From Callorhinchus milii (taxonomy: Eukaryota), in assembly GCF_018977255.1 (NCBI RefSeq), contig NW_024704743.1:10046001-10110000 (forward strand): a DNA stretch of 64,000 nucleotides. The letters run 5' to 3'. Under the pieces are notes generated by a model that worked only from the letters and a program-made list of their open reading frames with translations, searched no databases and had not been told where the DNA came from. Below are positions 37,043-50,614 of this stretch, in pieces (the first letter of the stretch is position 1; the number at the start of each line of letters is the position of its first letter). The position numbers and the translations under genes are program-made.

Positions 37043-38371
37043 AGTGAAGTCACAGTGCAACTTGCTAACTTAGCAACAGTTCTGCCAGGCTGACCAACTT
37101 CAAAGCAGGAGTGAGGGAGATACAAGGAAGCAACTGACAGAAAAAAGAAGCATGAGCAAAATTATAATAACACGCTACTTCATGATCATTATGGGTAACA
37201 TTTAGTGTACAGTCATGTGCTGGGAATTAGTGGCAAGCAAGATGAAATTGTATTGCTCAGATTGTATCTCTCGCTGGCCTGTTGACAGTTTATATAAAGC
37301 TTAACTGAAAGCGAAAACAGAAAACCATGCTGTAAAAGTTTGCACTGCAAAGAAATAATTTCCCCTGTGGCCAACATTTAGGAATTTATTTACCTTTATT
37401 TCACTGCTAAGTAAATACAAAAAAACTCAAAGGTAAGGAAGAATGGCTGCATATGATATGTGTATTAACTTTTGCAAGTACTTTCCACAAAGCATGTGTG
37501 ACCTACAGACCCAAGCACAAGAGCTACAGGGCCCTGTAGTCTCAGCACAATGAGCCACTGGCTCTGAAATTAGCTGACAGGTTTAGGAAATTCTCACTTA
37601 TAATGAAGAGGGTTAATTATGAACTGAACCTCTACGAGCTTAAGCCCTGTGCATTGCAGAACTATGTAACTATCAGAAGAATCACAACTAGCTACTCTTC
37701 AGGAAATGAAACAGGACTTATTTACATTTAGAGTGATTCCTGCTTGAGAATGAGAGTTAGAGAACACTGTGCTGTTAATCACATCAAAGCATTTAAAAAT
37801 TAACTTTTAACAGCAGCTGAAGAGACTTTTAATGAACAGAGGCTGAATTCCTTCAATTTTCAGGTTTACATATAAGTTTTTTCAAAAAAAATCTCAGTTA
37901 AAAAAAATCATTCGTCAGATATCTGGCATTTTGTTTTCCATTAATGCTGCTGTGAGAGTCACAACGTTACAGTGGTCAGATGGAATATTCAACTACTTTA
38001 ACCTGGATTCTGCAGCATAATTTGGGACATTTCTTGAACCATGTTGAAATGGAATTAAATTTCACGTAGCTTTCCTTCTGGATATCTTCATTTGCTGAAC
38101 ACATTTCAGACAATGCATTATTTACATTGTACTGTTAGCAGTGCAGCTTCTGCTGGGAGTACAGTGGAATTTGTCAGCCAAGACTTCATTAGTTTTGCTA
38201 AAAGTCAAGCTGTTCATTTAGATTGAATCTGAACTGACAGTTCAATTGGATTAAAGATTTTTGTGTAAATGGCTTCAGGTAATTTAGAGTAAATTTGCAT
38301 TAGGTTCAATTGAAAACTAGAGGAGTTAATACTTATAACATTAAAATATATCACTTTCTCCACATCCTCAT

Positions 38372-38738
38372 GGCTATAATTCCTGCCATGCACTCACCTC
38401 TCAAGCGAGAGGACACAGGTTTGATTCCCTGGCAGGTTGAAACCTTAGGAAAGTTTCCGTTTTCCACATGCCTCTTCTTAGCTAGCAGTAAGTAGGAACC
38501 CTGTTGCTAGTTGATTGGTAGATTGCTTTCCAGGAGTAATAATCCCTCAAATAAATAATAATAATTTAGTCATGCAATCCACGACTGTTCGTGGGATACT
38601 GCTGTGGACAATTGACTACCAAGTTTCACCCACAAAATACACAGTCAATTAACTTCACAGTATATTCTGTGAAGAGCTTTGAGACGTCTCAACAATGTGA
38701 TGAGGTGCTGTATCAAATGCAAGGATTATTATTATTAT
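38372..38738 (+). mobile_element. tRNA-derived SINE, long form (head eroded)
   Basis: cactcacctctcaagcgagaggac head, internal block and tail. Confidence 0.85.
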
Positions 38739-38739
38739 A

Positions 38740-39625
38740 AGTCGGAGATGGTCTCAGTTGAGGTGTTTGCAGCCAGAGCAGCATTGGAGATGCTAAGATT
38801 AGCCTCAATGTCACCAGATGAGGGAGGTGATAAGCAGCCAGGGTTTCCTGGTTCGAATCTCCTGCTAGCAACACTCTGTCAATGCTTATCTGGTCAATGC
38901 TTATCATTGATAATGGCCATTTGGATATGGGATAGTGGAGAGCAAGTGGCTTCTGTTAAACCATATCTCAATAAAAGGGCACTCTGGTCATGCTCATCTC
39001 TTTTCAAGTTCAGCAAGATCCTAATGCAGGTCAACCTTGCAGCATATAAGACCTGTGTGCAAACAATTCTCCTTTATGGATCTAAGTTCCTGGGAATACA
39101 GCAGAGTGGCTTCCATTTGCAAAGTACTAGGATCAAGCAGTGAGGTGGATTTCTGGCAAACACGGGAAGCTGCTGCCAGGATGGAGAGCTACAGCCTACA
39201 TTGACCTGTTGCCAAGCACCCTGGAGATGGAGGCAGCTTCACTGAAGCCCCATCTATTTGCCAAGGCCCCTCGCATTATACCTGGATTAAGCAGCTGGTG
39301 CTGAGTAAGCCTGGCATTGGCTTGGATCTCAAGAACATCAAGGTGACTGGCACGTGGCAAGCTATCAACAACAACAACTTGCATTTATATAGAACCCTTC
39401 ATGCGTGGTAGCGTCCCAGAGCACTTGAGGAGTGCTATCCTTTGAAGGTCCTCCAACCGCTCTGAGGGAAGATGTCCGCCACGTAGCTAATGAGGAAACT
39501 CTGAAGTTTGGGGCAGTAGCCGCTGGAAGGCATCGGGAAAACTCATTTGTATATCCGGCACCCAGAATCCACCTTGATTGGCAGAGAGGTAAACTCTTCA
39601 CGCTGCATTGCATCTTAGAGCATTG
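38740..39625 (+). mobile_element. Highly decayed RTE-clade LINE remnant
   Basis: AYKTCVQTILLYGS resembles the RTE ORF motif VYxACVLSxLLYGSE, followed by a GFHL-like segment. Interrupted by an L2 tail at about 39365-39430. Confidence 0.5.
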
Positions 39626-42600
39626 AACAGTGACAGAGTTTGACAGTGAGCCAGGGAGAAAGAGGATGACTGTAAGCAAGGTCGAGGAGAAAAGTCACAC
39701 AAGAAAAATTCAGAAGAGAAAATTGGCAAGAGAACAATGTTTATCACTTTTAATGTTGGATTCATGCAGAATCAAATCTGGAATGTCTTTGAGCTAGCAA
39801 GCTGCATATCCCACCCTTGTTGTTCAGGTATTTCATTGTTTGTGGATATGTTACAAAGCAAAGTGGGGAACACTCATAAGTTTTTCTGAAGCTGCCATCT
39901 CTCTGTTAAAATGAAACTATTATTTAGCATTGTGCTGCTTTCTTCTGCAATACAAATAAACTTGGTTTGACTTAAAAAAAACAGCATCGCATGTGCTATG
40001 TAATTGTAATATAATTGTGCAATTATTGTGTTGATGATCCCAGTGACATTGGGGTGAAAAAAGCAAGTAGGGATGTGATAAATTGTTGTAGGCCAAAAAC
40101 TGTGATTCAAAACAATTATTGATATTTTGGATGTAAACTCCCTTCCCCTTCTCCCCTCCATTCAACTTCCATCATCCAACTTCCAACATCAACACGATGC
40201 TTAGGTGTGAACCAGTCAAATATTTATATGAATGGGGGGATTCTTGCTGCTGCCTATAAGCTTGGAGTTTGAGGTGCCATTGATACCACCCTATCTCTGA
40301 CTGAATGGATAAAATACTGACTTGAATGTTGAAGGCCTTTCAGGCCATTCAATCTCATCCTTCCACAATCCTATTGACAATGGGGTCCACCACTCTTGGC
40401 TCTCACCAATCTACACCTAATACGTTACAGCATTAGATGGTCAGGGTGTCCCCCCCGGGGAGAGCATGCACAATCCATTCCAGGGAAATTACCATGTGAA
40501 TACATATGTGGAACTCTCACTCTGGTTTGGATACTCTTAAGCATGGTGATTGGTTTTTGCATGTATCAGACATCTGGCTGACCAAAACAAAAAACACTGG
40601 AACAGAGTACCAGGAAGGGTGACTGAGATCAGGGCATCAGACTGGTTTAAAAATCAGCTTGGTGTTTCGATGAGTGGATGATTGGGAGGGCATTCAGAAA
40701 AGATGAGACCAAATGGGTTGAAGAGCTTTCTTCATCTGAACGCTCTTGTAACCTTTGATTAAAGTTCCTATCCGAATGTTGCAAGGTATATAAGAGAACC
40801 CTTGAGTGTGCCAGTGCCACGACTCTGCTTCTTTAGTGAAATTGCTGTGGATCATATAGCATTTCCCAGTACTGCACTGGATTGAGTTACACAAACTCAG
40901 TGATACAACAAGACCACCACAACAGCAGCAACAACTACAACTTCACAGTGGTTAGCTTATTGGATTGTTTAACAATGGCAGAATGTGACCCTGGACCAGG
41001 AAGAAAGAGAGGTGACTGTAGGCCCAATTGAAATGGAAGTTCTTCAGGTGTGATCTGAAGATGGGCAAGGAGATGGCAAGTTGAGAGATTGAGGCAGAGT
41101 GTTTTAAAGTCTCAGGGTGTAATGGCTAAAATGATGACCACCAATGGTAGAGTGGAGGGGGTGAGGAACATGCAGGAGCCAGCTGAGCAATGGAAGTGGG
41201 TAGTGGTGTGGTGTGTATGAGGTGGGAGATTTAGGGAGGTGTCAGGATATTAAGTAAATTGTACACCAGTGTAAGGATCTTGAAATTGATCTGGTCAGCA
41301 ATAAGAAGGCAGGTGATGGGGGTGTGGAGTTGAAATGGGTGAGGATATGGGCGGTGGAGTATTTTTAATTAATTAGGTAAACAATTTTACAGCTTACAGT
41401 TGAAAGAAAGCTGAAACCTTGCCTACGTGAATACTTCTATCAGTCTAGCAAACCAGGAAATAAAGGAGAAAAAATAATGCATTCATTTAGTGTAATAACC
41501 AGTCCATCAAATTATCAATGTTTTTATGACCTACTTCATGTCTAAAACTCAGATATTCAATGAAACTCTTGTCAGATTCTGAATGTAATCTGAGATCGAG
41601 ATACACTCAGAGCACAATCTTTTCACAAGGTCACTTTAATTGTGCCTCAGTTAGTCCTTCAACTGTTTAAAACAATATTTTAGCAATGGACCTGAGCAGC
41701 TCCCTTATGTTGTGGCGACCAGAGATGTACATGGTATTCCAGGTGTGACCGCACCAGAGCATTATAAACTCCTTATAGTTTGAAACATCTCAGAATGTTT
41801 CCATGTCAATTATGAATGAATTAGGAATGTTTCTCCAACAAAATCCACAGTCACTACACCAAATGCAAGGATTAATATTATTACTAATCACTGTGATCTG
41901 TAGTGACTGTTTTTGTTGGCAAATGTGCCAGCCATTCAAACCAGCAAGGTCTCACTGCAGCAATGAGGTGGCTGACCAATTAAACTGGAGGTTTGTTGGG
42001 TAGGCTATCGGGAGAAATACGCAGTTGCTTCACATGGCAGTATATCCTGTGAAACACTTTGGACATCCTCCCAATATACCAAATGCAAGGATTATGATTA
42101 TTTTTATTAAGATGATACAATGATTAGAGCCAATCTCTGACTCTGCATAACTTTATTATCACCTTCTGTGAGAACACAGTGTTCGTATCACAATCTTCAC
42201 TCATTCCAAAACAATCCTTGATACTTTGATCTTCTATCTTGTGTGTTCTCATTTTATTCTTCATAAGCTACAAGATTGAATGTTTCTCTGAGCATTTCTT
42301 TAGTGACTTTACTGTGAGTATAGTGTTAAAAAAACAACACAGACGTGATTGCTTTCTTTATGATCGACACAAACTGAAGTCCTGTCTATTGGTGGATTGC
42401 TTTCCATGGGTAATAATCCCTTAAAAAAAAAAAAATTTGGTCACTAAATCCATGACTGTTTGTTGGACACTGCCTTGTTGGAGTCCTGTAGCTCAGTGGT
42501 TAGAGCACTCGCTTTGCAAGCGAGAGACCTGAGTTCAATTCCAGGCAGGGCGAAATTTTGTGACATTTCATAATGGTTTCAATCTGTTCTGAAATGTTGC

Positions 42601-43242
42601 AAATTTTCCCCTATGGAAAAGTGACTAATAAACCGAACCGTACTAAAATGGGCCGCATTGAAAAATAAAAATGCGATAATTAAAACCATCTTACCTTCAG
42701 ATTTTCAACCAAGTAAAGTTCAACAAGATGGTAGTACTGGCAATTTTATTGCCTGAAATAGAAACAAATAATATTGTGTATCCCTCAGGTACTGTGAAAG
42801 TGAGTGAACTTGTGCCAAGTGTATTGCGTAGGAAATGAAAATTCTGTTCACTGAAGGTGATATTATAAAAGTATAGTTTCTACAGCTTTTTAGAGAGTTT
42901 ATTTTTAGAAGTTTTACAAGGTCTCACAAAACAGTTCGGTTATCAAGATACCCAAAAGGTTTATATCGCCTCAATTACATATTTATAAATTTAATTTGAT
43001 AATTGTTTTCCCCTTTGTCTCCTGCAGGAAACGTTCCTTCAACATGACTTCCCTCAGCAAGGTGGTCAGGTTAGTAGTCCTGATTGTGAGCTTCTCAACA
43101 CCAACCACCAATTCAGATCTCCCTTCCTCCTTCCAACCCCCTCTCCTTTCCCTCCTGGTTTGCCTGCAAAATACAAAGCTAATACACTTTACAGTATGTC
43201 CTGTGAATCACTGTGAGATGACCTCCTGACTTGAAAGTCACT

Positions 43243-44904
43243 TTCTTGCCCCACATATCACTGACATCATCAACCTGTCCCTCTCCTCTGGCTCTGTCCC
43301 CATTCCATTAAAAACTGCCATCATCACGCCCACCCTGAAAAAACCCTCCCTTGATGCGTCGCAGCTATCAAGTTACCGGCCCATCTCCAACCTCCCATTT
43401 CTCTCCAAGGTCTTGGAAAGAGTTGTCGCCTCCCAACTGCGCTCTTTCCTTTCCACCCATTCACTTTTCGAACCCCTTCAGTCAGGTTTCCGTGCTGCCC
43501 ATAGCACAGAAACTGCCCTGGTCAAGGTCACCAATGATATCCTGACCATCTGTGACCAGGGCTCCCTCTGTCTCCTCGTCCTCCTCGACCTATCGGCAGC
43601 ATTCGATACGGTCGACCACGCTATCCTACTCCACCGCTTGTCCTCCCACCTCAACCTTCAAGGCACTGTCCTTGAATGGTTTAGGTCGTACCTTTCTCAC
43701 CATCTTCACTTTGTCTCGATGAATGGCTTCTCCTCCACCCCCCGCACTGTCTCATGTGGTGTCCCTCAGGGCTCTGTCCTTGGTCCCCTCCTCTTCACCC
43801 TCTATATGCTCCCCCTTGGTGACATCATCCGCAGACATGGAGTTAACTTCCACATGTATGCGGATGACACCCAACTCTACCTTTCCTCCTCTACTCTCAA
43901 CTCCACGACCACCGATGTCCTGACAGCCTGCCTGTCCGACATCGAGTCCTGGACGAGAGACAACTTTCTTCAGCTCAACGTGCGAAAAACCGAGGCCCTC
44001 CTGATTGGCTCACGTCAGCGCCTCCGCACCTCAGGCGCTGACACCATCAGCATCCAAGGCTGCACTCTCCACCTCTCAAAGCCAGTCAGGAACCTCGGGG
44101 TTCTGTTCGACCCTGAGCTGTCCTTTCTCTCTCACATCCGCACCACAACTGGCACCGCCTTCCATCACCTCCGGAACATCGCCAGACTACGACACTACCT
44201 CACCCCTCACGCTGCTGAAACCCTGGTTCACGCCTTTGTCACCTCAAGGCTGGACTATGGGAACTCTCTCCTCGCCGGCCTTCCCGCCACCTCCCTCCAC
44301 AAGCTGCAGGTCATTCAGAACTCTGCAGCTCTTGTACTGTCCCGCACCAGGCTTCGGGACCACATCACTCCCACCCTCGCTCGCCTCCACTGGCTCCCCA
44401 TCCCCCAGAGGATTGATTTCAAGATCCTCATCCTCACCTACAAGGCCATTCACGGCCTTGCTCCCTCCTACCTCTCCAACCTACTATCCCCCTACCTACC
44501 TGCCCGTACCCTCCGTTCCTCTGGCTCCGGTCTGCTCCACATCCCCCGCCCCAACCGCCCTACCACTGGTGGCCTGGCCTTCAGCCTCTCAGCCCCCAGG
44601 CTCTGGAACTCCATCCCCCAGTGCCTTCGCCTTGCTTCTTCCCTTTCCTCCTTCAAGGCCGGTCTCAAAACCTTTCTCTTTGACCGTGCCTTCAGCTCCC
44701 CTCTCGACTCTCTTCCCCCTCCTCGCTCCCTCCCTTCCCTCCCCTCACCCTGACCATTTCCCCCCTCCTTGCTCCCTCCCTTCCCTTCCCTCACCCTGAC
44801 CATTTCCCCCCTGCTCGGGTCATGACCCAACTGTGCAGCGCCTTGGGACATCCTCCTGACGTGAAAGGCGCTTTATAAATGGAATCTTGTTGTTGTTGTT
44901 GTTG
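43243..44904 (+). mobile_element. Young 5'-truncated L2-clade LINE (RT domain, 3' UTR, stem-loop tail, (TTG)n end)
   Basis: RT motifs [53 protein letters not shown], plus the L2-typical C-terminus [15 protein letters not shown]. Ends in agcgccttgggacatcctcctgacgtgaaaggcgctttataaat followed by (ttg)n. Confidence 0.97.
43245..44753 (+). CDS. L2 ORF2 reverse transcriptase fragment; uninterrupted frame, lacks the endonuclease
   Basis: ORF track 43413..44753 (446 aa). Manual reading shows the frame stays open upstream to the truncation point at about 43245 ([16 protein letters not shown]...). Confidence 0.85.
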   Translation, partial: LAPHITDIINLSLSSGSVPIPLKTAIITPTLKKPSLDASQLSSYRPISNLPFLSKVLERVVASQLRSFLSTHSLFEPLQSGFRAAHSTETALVKVTNDILTICDQGSLCLLVLLDLSAAFDTVDHAILLHRLSSHLNLQGTVLEWFRSYLSHHLHFVSMNGFSSTPRTVSCGVPQGSVLGPLLFTLYMLPLGDIIRRHGVNFHMYADDTQLYLSSSTLNSTTTDVLTACLSDIESWTRDNFLQLNVRKTEALLIGSRQRLRTSGADTISIQGCTLHLSKPVRNLGVLFDPELSFLSHIRTTTGTAFHHLRNIARLRHYLTPHAAETLVHAFVTSRLDYGNSLLAGLPATSLHKLQVIQNSAALVLSRTRLRDHITPTLARLHWLPIPQRIDFKILILTYKAIHGLAPSYLSNLLSPYLPARTLRSSGSGLLHIPRPNRPTTGGLAFSLSAPRLWNSIPQCLRLASSLSSFKAGLKTFLFDRAFSSPLDSLPPPRSLPSLPSP

Positions 44905-46750
44905 AAAGACTATACCAATTCAAGGTTTATAATTATTAATATAACAATAAGGCTGTTGTCTAACATATAGCTGATAATTCCAATCCCACACGCCTACACT
45001 TCATCATAAATTGGATATTGCATTTCAGATAATACGTTTGATATGTTGAAATGTGGTTTGGACATTTATATTTTGTAGGATCGTGTCAAAATGCAGTCCT
45101 AGAAAGGTTTATAAATATTTTATTGTTAACTGCATTTTGCATATTGCAACCTTATCCAAAACTCTGCCCCTCCACATCCTTATCCACACAGTTCACTCCA
45201 TTAGCTTCCTGTCTCAGGAGATGGATTTCAAGTTCCTCCCCTTCACCTATAAACCCTTCATGCCCTGGCACCTCTCTATGTCTCTGATCTCATTCTAACC
45301 TATTCAACATGAAAGTGCTATGCAAATATAATATATTATTGTTATTGGATAACACAGTAAAACTATTCAGCATAATTAGAGGCTGCAATGGTGGTAACTA
45401 ATGATTACAGCTACATCTGAGTTTGACCACTATGGTTACTCAGAATATAGGACAACCTTACAAATTGGTACTTGGGCAAGCAAACCAGAGGCTTTCTGTA
45501 GCTGAGTACACGTTGGCATCAATCTCCCATGTACTATTAATGAGTAAGTTATTTTTGGTCATTTCAGAAGTTGGTAGGAAATTTCAAGTAAGGTTTTACT
45601 ATCCCAACCCATGAGAAAGGTTCACTGCTACAAGTGTCATCACCACTGTTTGCAATATTTTCTACTCTGTAAATCCCAGTTGCATGGTTCCTCTTTGTAG
45701 CTCCAAATGACTAATTTTGGTCAGTAAATGGAAAAATACTTTAACACCATTGTGTGAATGAGCTGAAGGGTAGGGGCTGAGGGGTTGGGGTGGGGGAAGT
45801 AAAGACGACTAAAGGTGCAGTCAACAAGGAAGATCTTGAGGAGGACCTTGAAGAAGGCGAGGGAAGTGGCTAAAAAAAGAAACTCCAGGATGAAGCTACT
45901 TAGTACTTGGGCAAGCAAACCAGAGAGTGGGGGTAGATAGGCTAAAAACCTAAACACTGATGATGATAGTGAGATGTGTCAGGTAAGGGACATGAAGCAT
46001 ATTGCCCTATGAGTGGAGGCGGGGCAGGCGGTTTGTAAGGTTTGAGAAGGTCGCAGAGGCAGGGTGGGGCATTTAAAGGTGAAGGTAAAGTTTTAATCAG
46101 GAGGTTTGTTTGACCCGTGACCTCTGTGCAGTTCTACTTCCCCACTGGAGTTATCTACTCTAATTCCAAATCGCTGATCTCCCCCATATCCCTTTATAGA
46201 TTCACTCTTATGCATTTATTTAATTCCCTTGGAAATTATATTGATGTGGTTTCAAGAGAGACTTGTGATAATGCATTCCACATCCCAATAAACCTTTGTT
46301 TGTGTCAAAATGTAATTGAATCTCCTAATGATTAGACAAACTAGGGCTCCTCAGTCTTGAGAGTAGACGTCTCAGACTGTAAAATATTTTAAATGGGATT
46401 GAAATAAACCCAAACAGTAATTTAGGATGCATGAAAACAGTAGAATTCTTATAGGTTTAGAGTTGTCAAGGACAATTTCAAAATAGACACCAGGAAGTTT
46501 TTCTTTACCCAAAGGGTAATTAACAACTGGAACAAGTTTCTAGGACTGGTCATTGAGGCCATGGCAATAGAATCATTTAAAAAGCAGTTTGTGGCTGTTA
46601 TGGGAAGACTGTTGGAGTTAGAAACATGGAAATCTGCTACGTATAAGGAGACCTTTCAGCCCATTAAATCTACACAGACTCAAAGAGCAAGGAGATTAAA
46701 TCATCCCACTGCCTCGCTCCCTTTCTTGCCTCCTTCAAGGCACCTCTCAC

Positions 46751-49700
46751 CAACAACAACTTGAATTCATATAGCGCCCTCCACGCCGGACGATGTCTCA
46801 GAGCGCTTTACAGTAATGGATCCCAGGGCCGAGCCAGGGGGAGGGGGAGGAGGGTGACCAAAGGCGCAGTTGAAAAGAAAAGTCTTCAGCAGAGACCTGA
46901 AAATGGGAAGGGAGTGAGCGAGATGAAGGGAGTGAGGAAGGCAGTTCCAGAGCCTCGGGGCATAGTGGCTGAAAGCGCAGCCGCCAAAGGTGGAGGACTC
47001 AGGGGACGAGGAGGAGGCCAGACGCGAAGTAATGAAGGAAACGGGTACTATTTTGAGGAGAGAGGAAGTTAGAGAGGTAGGGGGCTTCAGAGGAGTGCAG
47101 GGACTTGAATACAAGGGTGAGGATCTTGAAATCGATCCTCTCTGGGATAGGCAGCCAGTGCAATCTGGCAAGGTCTGGGGTAATCGGGGAGCAGAGTTTC
47201 GTGCGGGTGAGAATGTGGGCGGCAGAATTTTGAATGATTTGGATTTTATGGATGGTAGTGGATGGGAGACCGGTGAGGAGGGCATTTGAATAATAATAAT
47301 AATAATAATAATAATCCTTGCATTTGATATAGCGCTTTTCACATCGGGAGGACATCCCAGAACACACTGTAAAGTGAATTGACTGTATATTTGTGGGCGA
47401 ACGCGGCAGCCAATTGCGCACAGCAATGTCCCACAAACAGTCGTAGATTGAAAATGACCAATTTATTATAAATTATAAATATAAATTTATAATAAATTTA
47501 TAATAAATTATAATTATAATATAATTATATTTATTATTATAGTTCAGCAGGGAGGTGATTAAGGCATGGATCAGGGTTTCTGCGGCTTTTGGGGAGAGGT
47601 ATTGGCGGAGACAGGTGATGCGTCGGAGGTGGAAGAAAGCGGTGCTGGTGAGGGACCGGATGTGGGGGAGGAAGGATAATTGGGGGTCGAACCTGACGCC
47701 TAGGTTGCTTATGGGTTCGGAGAGTTTTAGGGGGAGGTCAGGTAAGTGGAGAAGGTGAGAGCCGTGAGATTTTAGACGTTGACGAGAGCCAAAGAGTATG
47801 GCTTCTGTCTTGTCAACGTTCAGCTGAAGGAAGTTTGCACTCATCCAGCTCCTGAGATCTGACAGACAGGCTGACAGAACATCAGGGGACTGGGGGTCGC
47901 AAAGTGAGCTGGAAAAATAGAGTTGGGTGTCGTCTGCATACATGTGGAAATGTACCCCATGTCTGCGGATGACATCCCCAAGAGGGAGCATGTAGATCAG
48001 AAAGAGGAGGGGACCAAGGATGGATCCTTGTGGTACCCCGCAGGTGACTGAGTGAGAGTGGGAGGAGAAGCCATTTGTGCAGATGTACTGCTGGCCGTTT
48101 GTGAGGCAGGACTCGAACAAGGCGAGTGCGGTCCCACTGAGGTGGATGACGGAGCAAAGGCGGTGGAGAAGGATGGCGTGATCGACTGTGTCGAAAGCGA
48201 CGGAGAGGTCCAGGAAGACAAGGAGGCAGAGGGAGCCCTGGTCACAGATAGAGAGGATGTCGTTTGTGACTTTCACAAGTGCAGTCTCTGTACTGTGGGC
48301 AGGGCGGAAACCAGACTGGATGGGTTTGAAGAGTGAGTGGGAGGAGAGGTGTACACGGAGTTGGTTTGCAACAATGCGTTCTAGAACTTTTGAGAGGAAG
48401 GCAGGTTAGAAATAGGGCTGTAATGGCTGGGGTTTGAGGGATCTAGGGAGGGTTTTTTCAGGAGGGGTGTGATAACAGCAGTTTTGAGGGAGGCAGGGAC
48501 TGATCCAGAGGAGAGGGACTGGTTGATAATGTCAGCCAGTAGTGGGCAGAGGAGGGGGAGCTGTGTGACCAGTAAGTTGGTGGGGAGGGGTTCAAGGCAG
48601 CATATTCATGGAGGTGATGGTGGGTGAGAGGGAGGAGGGAGAGATGGGGAGGAAAGAGTGTAGAAAGGGGGTGGTGGTAGGAGCAGATGATGAGGAGGGT
48701 GAGGGGTCAGAGAGGGCGTGGTGGTGGGTGATAAGGGGCAGGTGGATGAGGCTGCCTGGCGGATGTTCAGTATTTTTGTTGAAAAGAAGTCCATGACCTC
48801 CTCGCACTTGGCATTTGATATGAAGATTGTGGAGGCCAGAGGGGGCGACGGAGGAGGTAGTGGGTGGTGGAAAAAAGGATTTGGGATTTGTGTTTAGCCT
48901 CCAAGATGATGTTGGAATAGAAGGCCGTTTTGCACGTGTCAAAGAATGGCAGTAGCTGTGGAAATGCTCGAGCCACAGTTGGCTGTGAAATGTCAGGCCA
49001 GTTTTCCGCCATCTGTGCTCCAGCAGTCGGGTTTGGGTTTTTTGGCGGCGGAGATGCTAGTTGTACCAGGGTGATTGTGTGGGTTTGGAGATTGTCCTGG
49101 ATTTTAGGGGAACAAGGGAGTTGAAAGTGGAGGAGCGGCGATCATGGAGCAGCTGGACAGCTGCTTCAGGATCTCCGTGTGTGGAAGGCAAGACGGATAG
49201 GATGTTTGAAGATGAGAGGGACTTTGTGAGGTTCTCAGGGGGTAGCCTTTTCCAAGGGCGGTAGAGGATGGTTGAGGGCTTGGTGGAGGAGAAAGGTATG
49301 TGAGAGGAGAAGGAGATGAAAAAGTAGTCCGAGATGGCTTTGTCCTCTATGCTGAGGTTGGAAATGTCAAGGCTATGGGTGATGGTGAGGTCAAGTGCAT
49401 GACCACGGTTGTGGGTAGGTGAGTTTATATGGAGGGTAAGGTTTAGGGAGGAGAGGAGGGCAGTGAAATTGTCAGAAGTGGTGCAGGGGGAGTTTAGGTG
49501 GAGGTTGAAATCGCCCATTATGAGTAGGCGCAGAGGGACAGGGAAGAGAGGAGAGTAGAGATGTCTGTGAGGAAGGATCTGGGGGGGCTTAGGGGGGTGG
49601 TAAACAAGGAGGATTTTCAAAGGGAGATGGGGGGGAAAAGGGTGAGGTGCTCGAAGGAGGGGAAGCAGCTAGAGGAGTAGGGGATGAAACCAAGGGAGGC

Positions 49701-50510
49701 TTTGGAAATGAAGGCCACCCCACTGCCTCATTGGTTTGGACGGGGGGTGTCGTGGAAAGTGTAGCCTGGAGGGGAGGCTTCCACTAGGGGGATGGGGTCA
49801 TTGGGGGAGAACCAGGTTTCGGTGAGCCCAAGAATATCAAGGTGCTCGTCCAGAATGAGGTTATGGATGATGAGGGCTTTGTTTGAGAGGGAATGAACAT
49901 TTTGGAGGGAAATGCAGGTGGGTTTGCTGGAGGGGGGGAGGGAGGAGAGAGTGGTGCGGAGAGGATTTTGCGTTGTATAGGAGAGTGGTGTGAGTGGAGA
50001 GTTGGGGAGGGTACGTATGAGGGAAGGGGGAGTTGGGTTTGCCTTAAGGAAGCGGTTTGTGTGGAGGGAGTTTGTGTAATGGGACACGTGGGGTTGCTGC
50101 TCTGGGACAGCCAGTGCCGGGAGCCACAATGGGCCTGGCGGAGGATGCCCAGGCTGGAGTAGAGGGAAGTGGTGATGGGGTCGAGGAGAGAGAGAAGGCG
50201 GGGAGGGCAGTGGGAAAGCAGGACAGAGTGGGAGCAGCGGATAGAGGTGGGTGGGAGGAGAGACATAGAGGGGGGTGGTCGGAGAGATATTTAGAGTGGA
50301 GGGGGAGGGGAGACTCGGGGCGGCAGCCAAAACGGCCAAGCAGAGACCAGGAGCGAGTGATCAGCAGGACGGGATCAGCCCTCTGGCTCAGCCTCCCAGG
50401 TCAGGGCCGGGATAGCAATGCCAAGGGCCAGGCCATTGTTGTGGTTGTTGTTGTTGCTGGGTTTTAAAAAAAAAGATTTTTTTTTAACTATGACATCACA
50501 CTGATGTCAC
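46751..50510 (-). mobile_element. Near full-length decayed L2 LINE (APE endonuclease + RT), interrupted by a SINE
   Basis: Minus-strand frames give the APE motifs SLQNVHSLSNK, LDILGLTETW, LIMGDFNLH, PTHNRGHALDL, ISDY and the RT motifs DLSVAFDTVDH, GVPQGSILGP, YADD, LHWLP. Multiple frameshifts. (CAA)n tail at 46751. Confidence 0.93.
47288..47469 (-). mobile_element. 5'-truncated SINE nested in the L2 RT region
   Basis: Splits the L2 motif LLNY|SNALL. Body matches the 32418-32626 subtype. Confidence 0.92.
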
Positions 50511-50614
50511 TTTGTGAATTGCGCTGTCTTGTCGCTTACCCCCCGCCCCGCGCTCTCCTACCTCCTCTCCTGACTGAGCGGCTCCTCACCTGGCTGTGCT
50601 TTTATACAGAGCCA

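Noticed and set aside
42479..42552. tRNA-Ala(TGC)-like gene
   Set aside because: Matches the SINE head found in many copies and differs from canonical tRNA-Ala.
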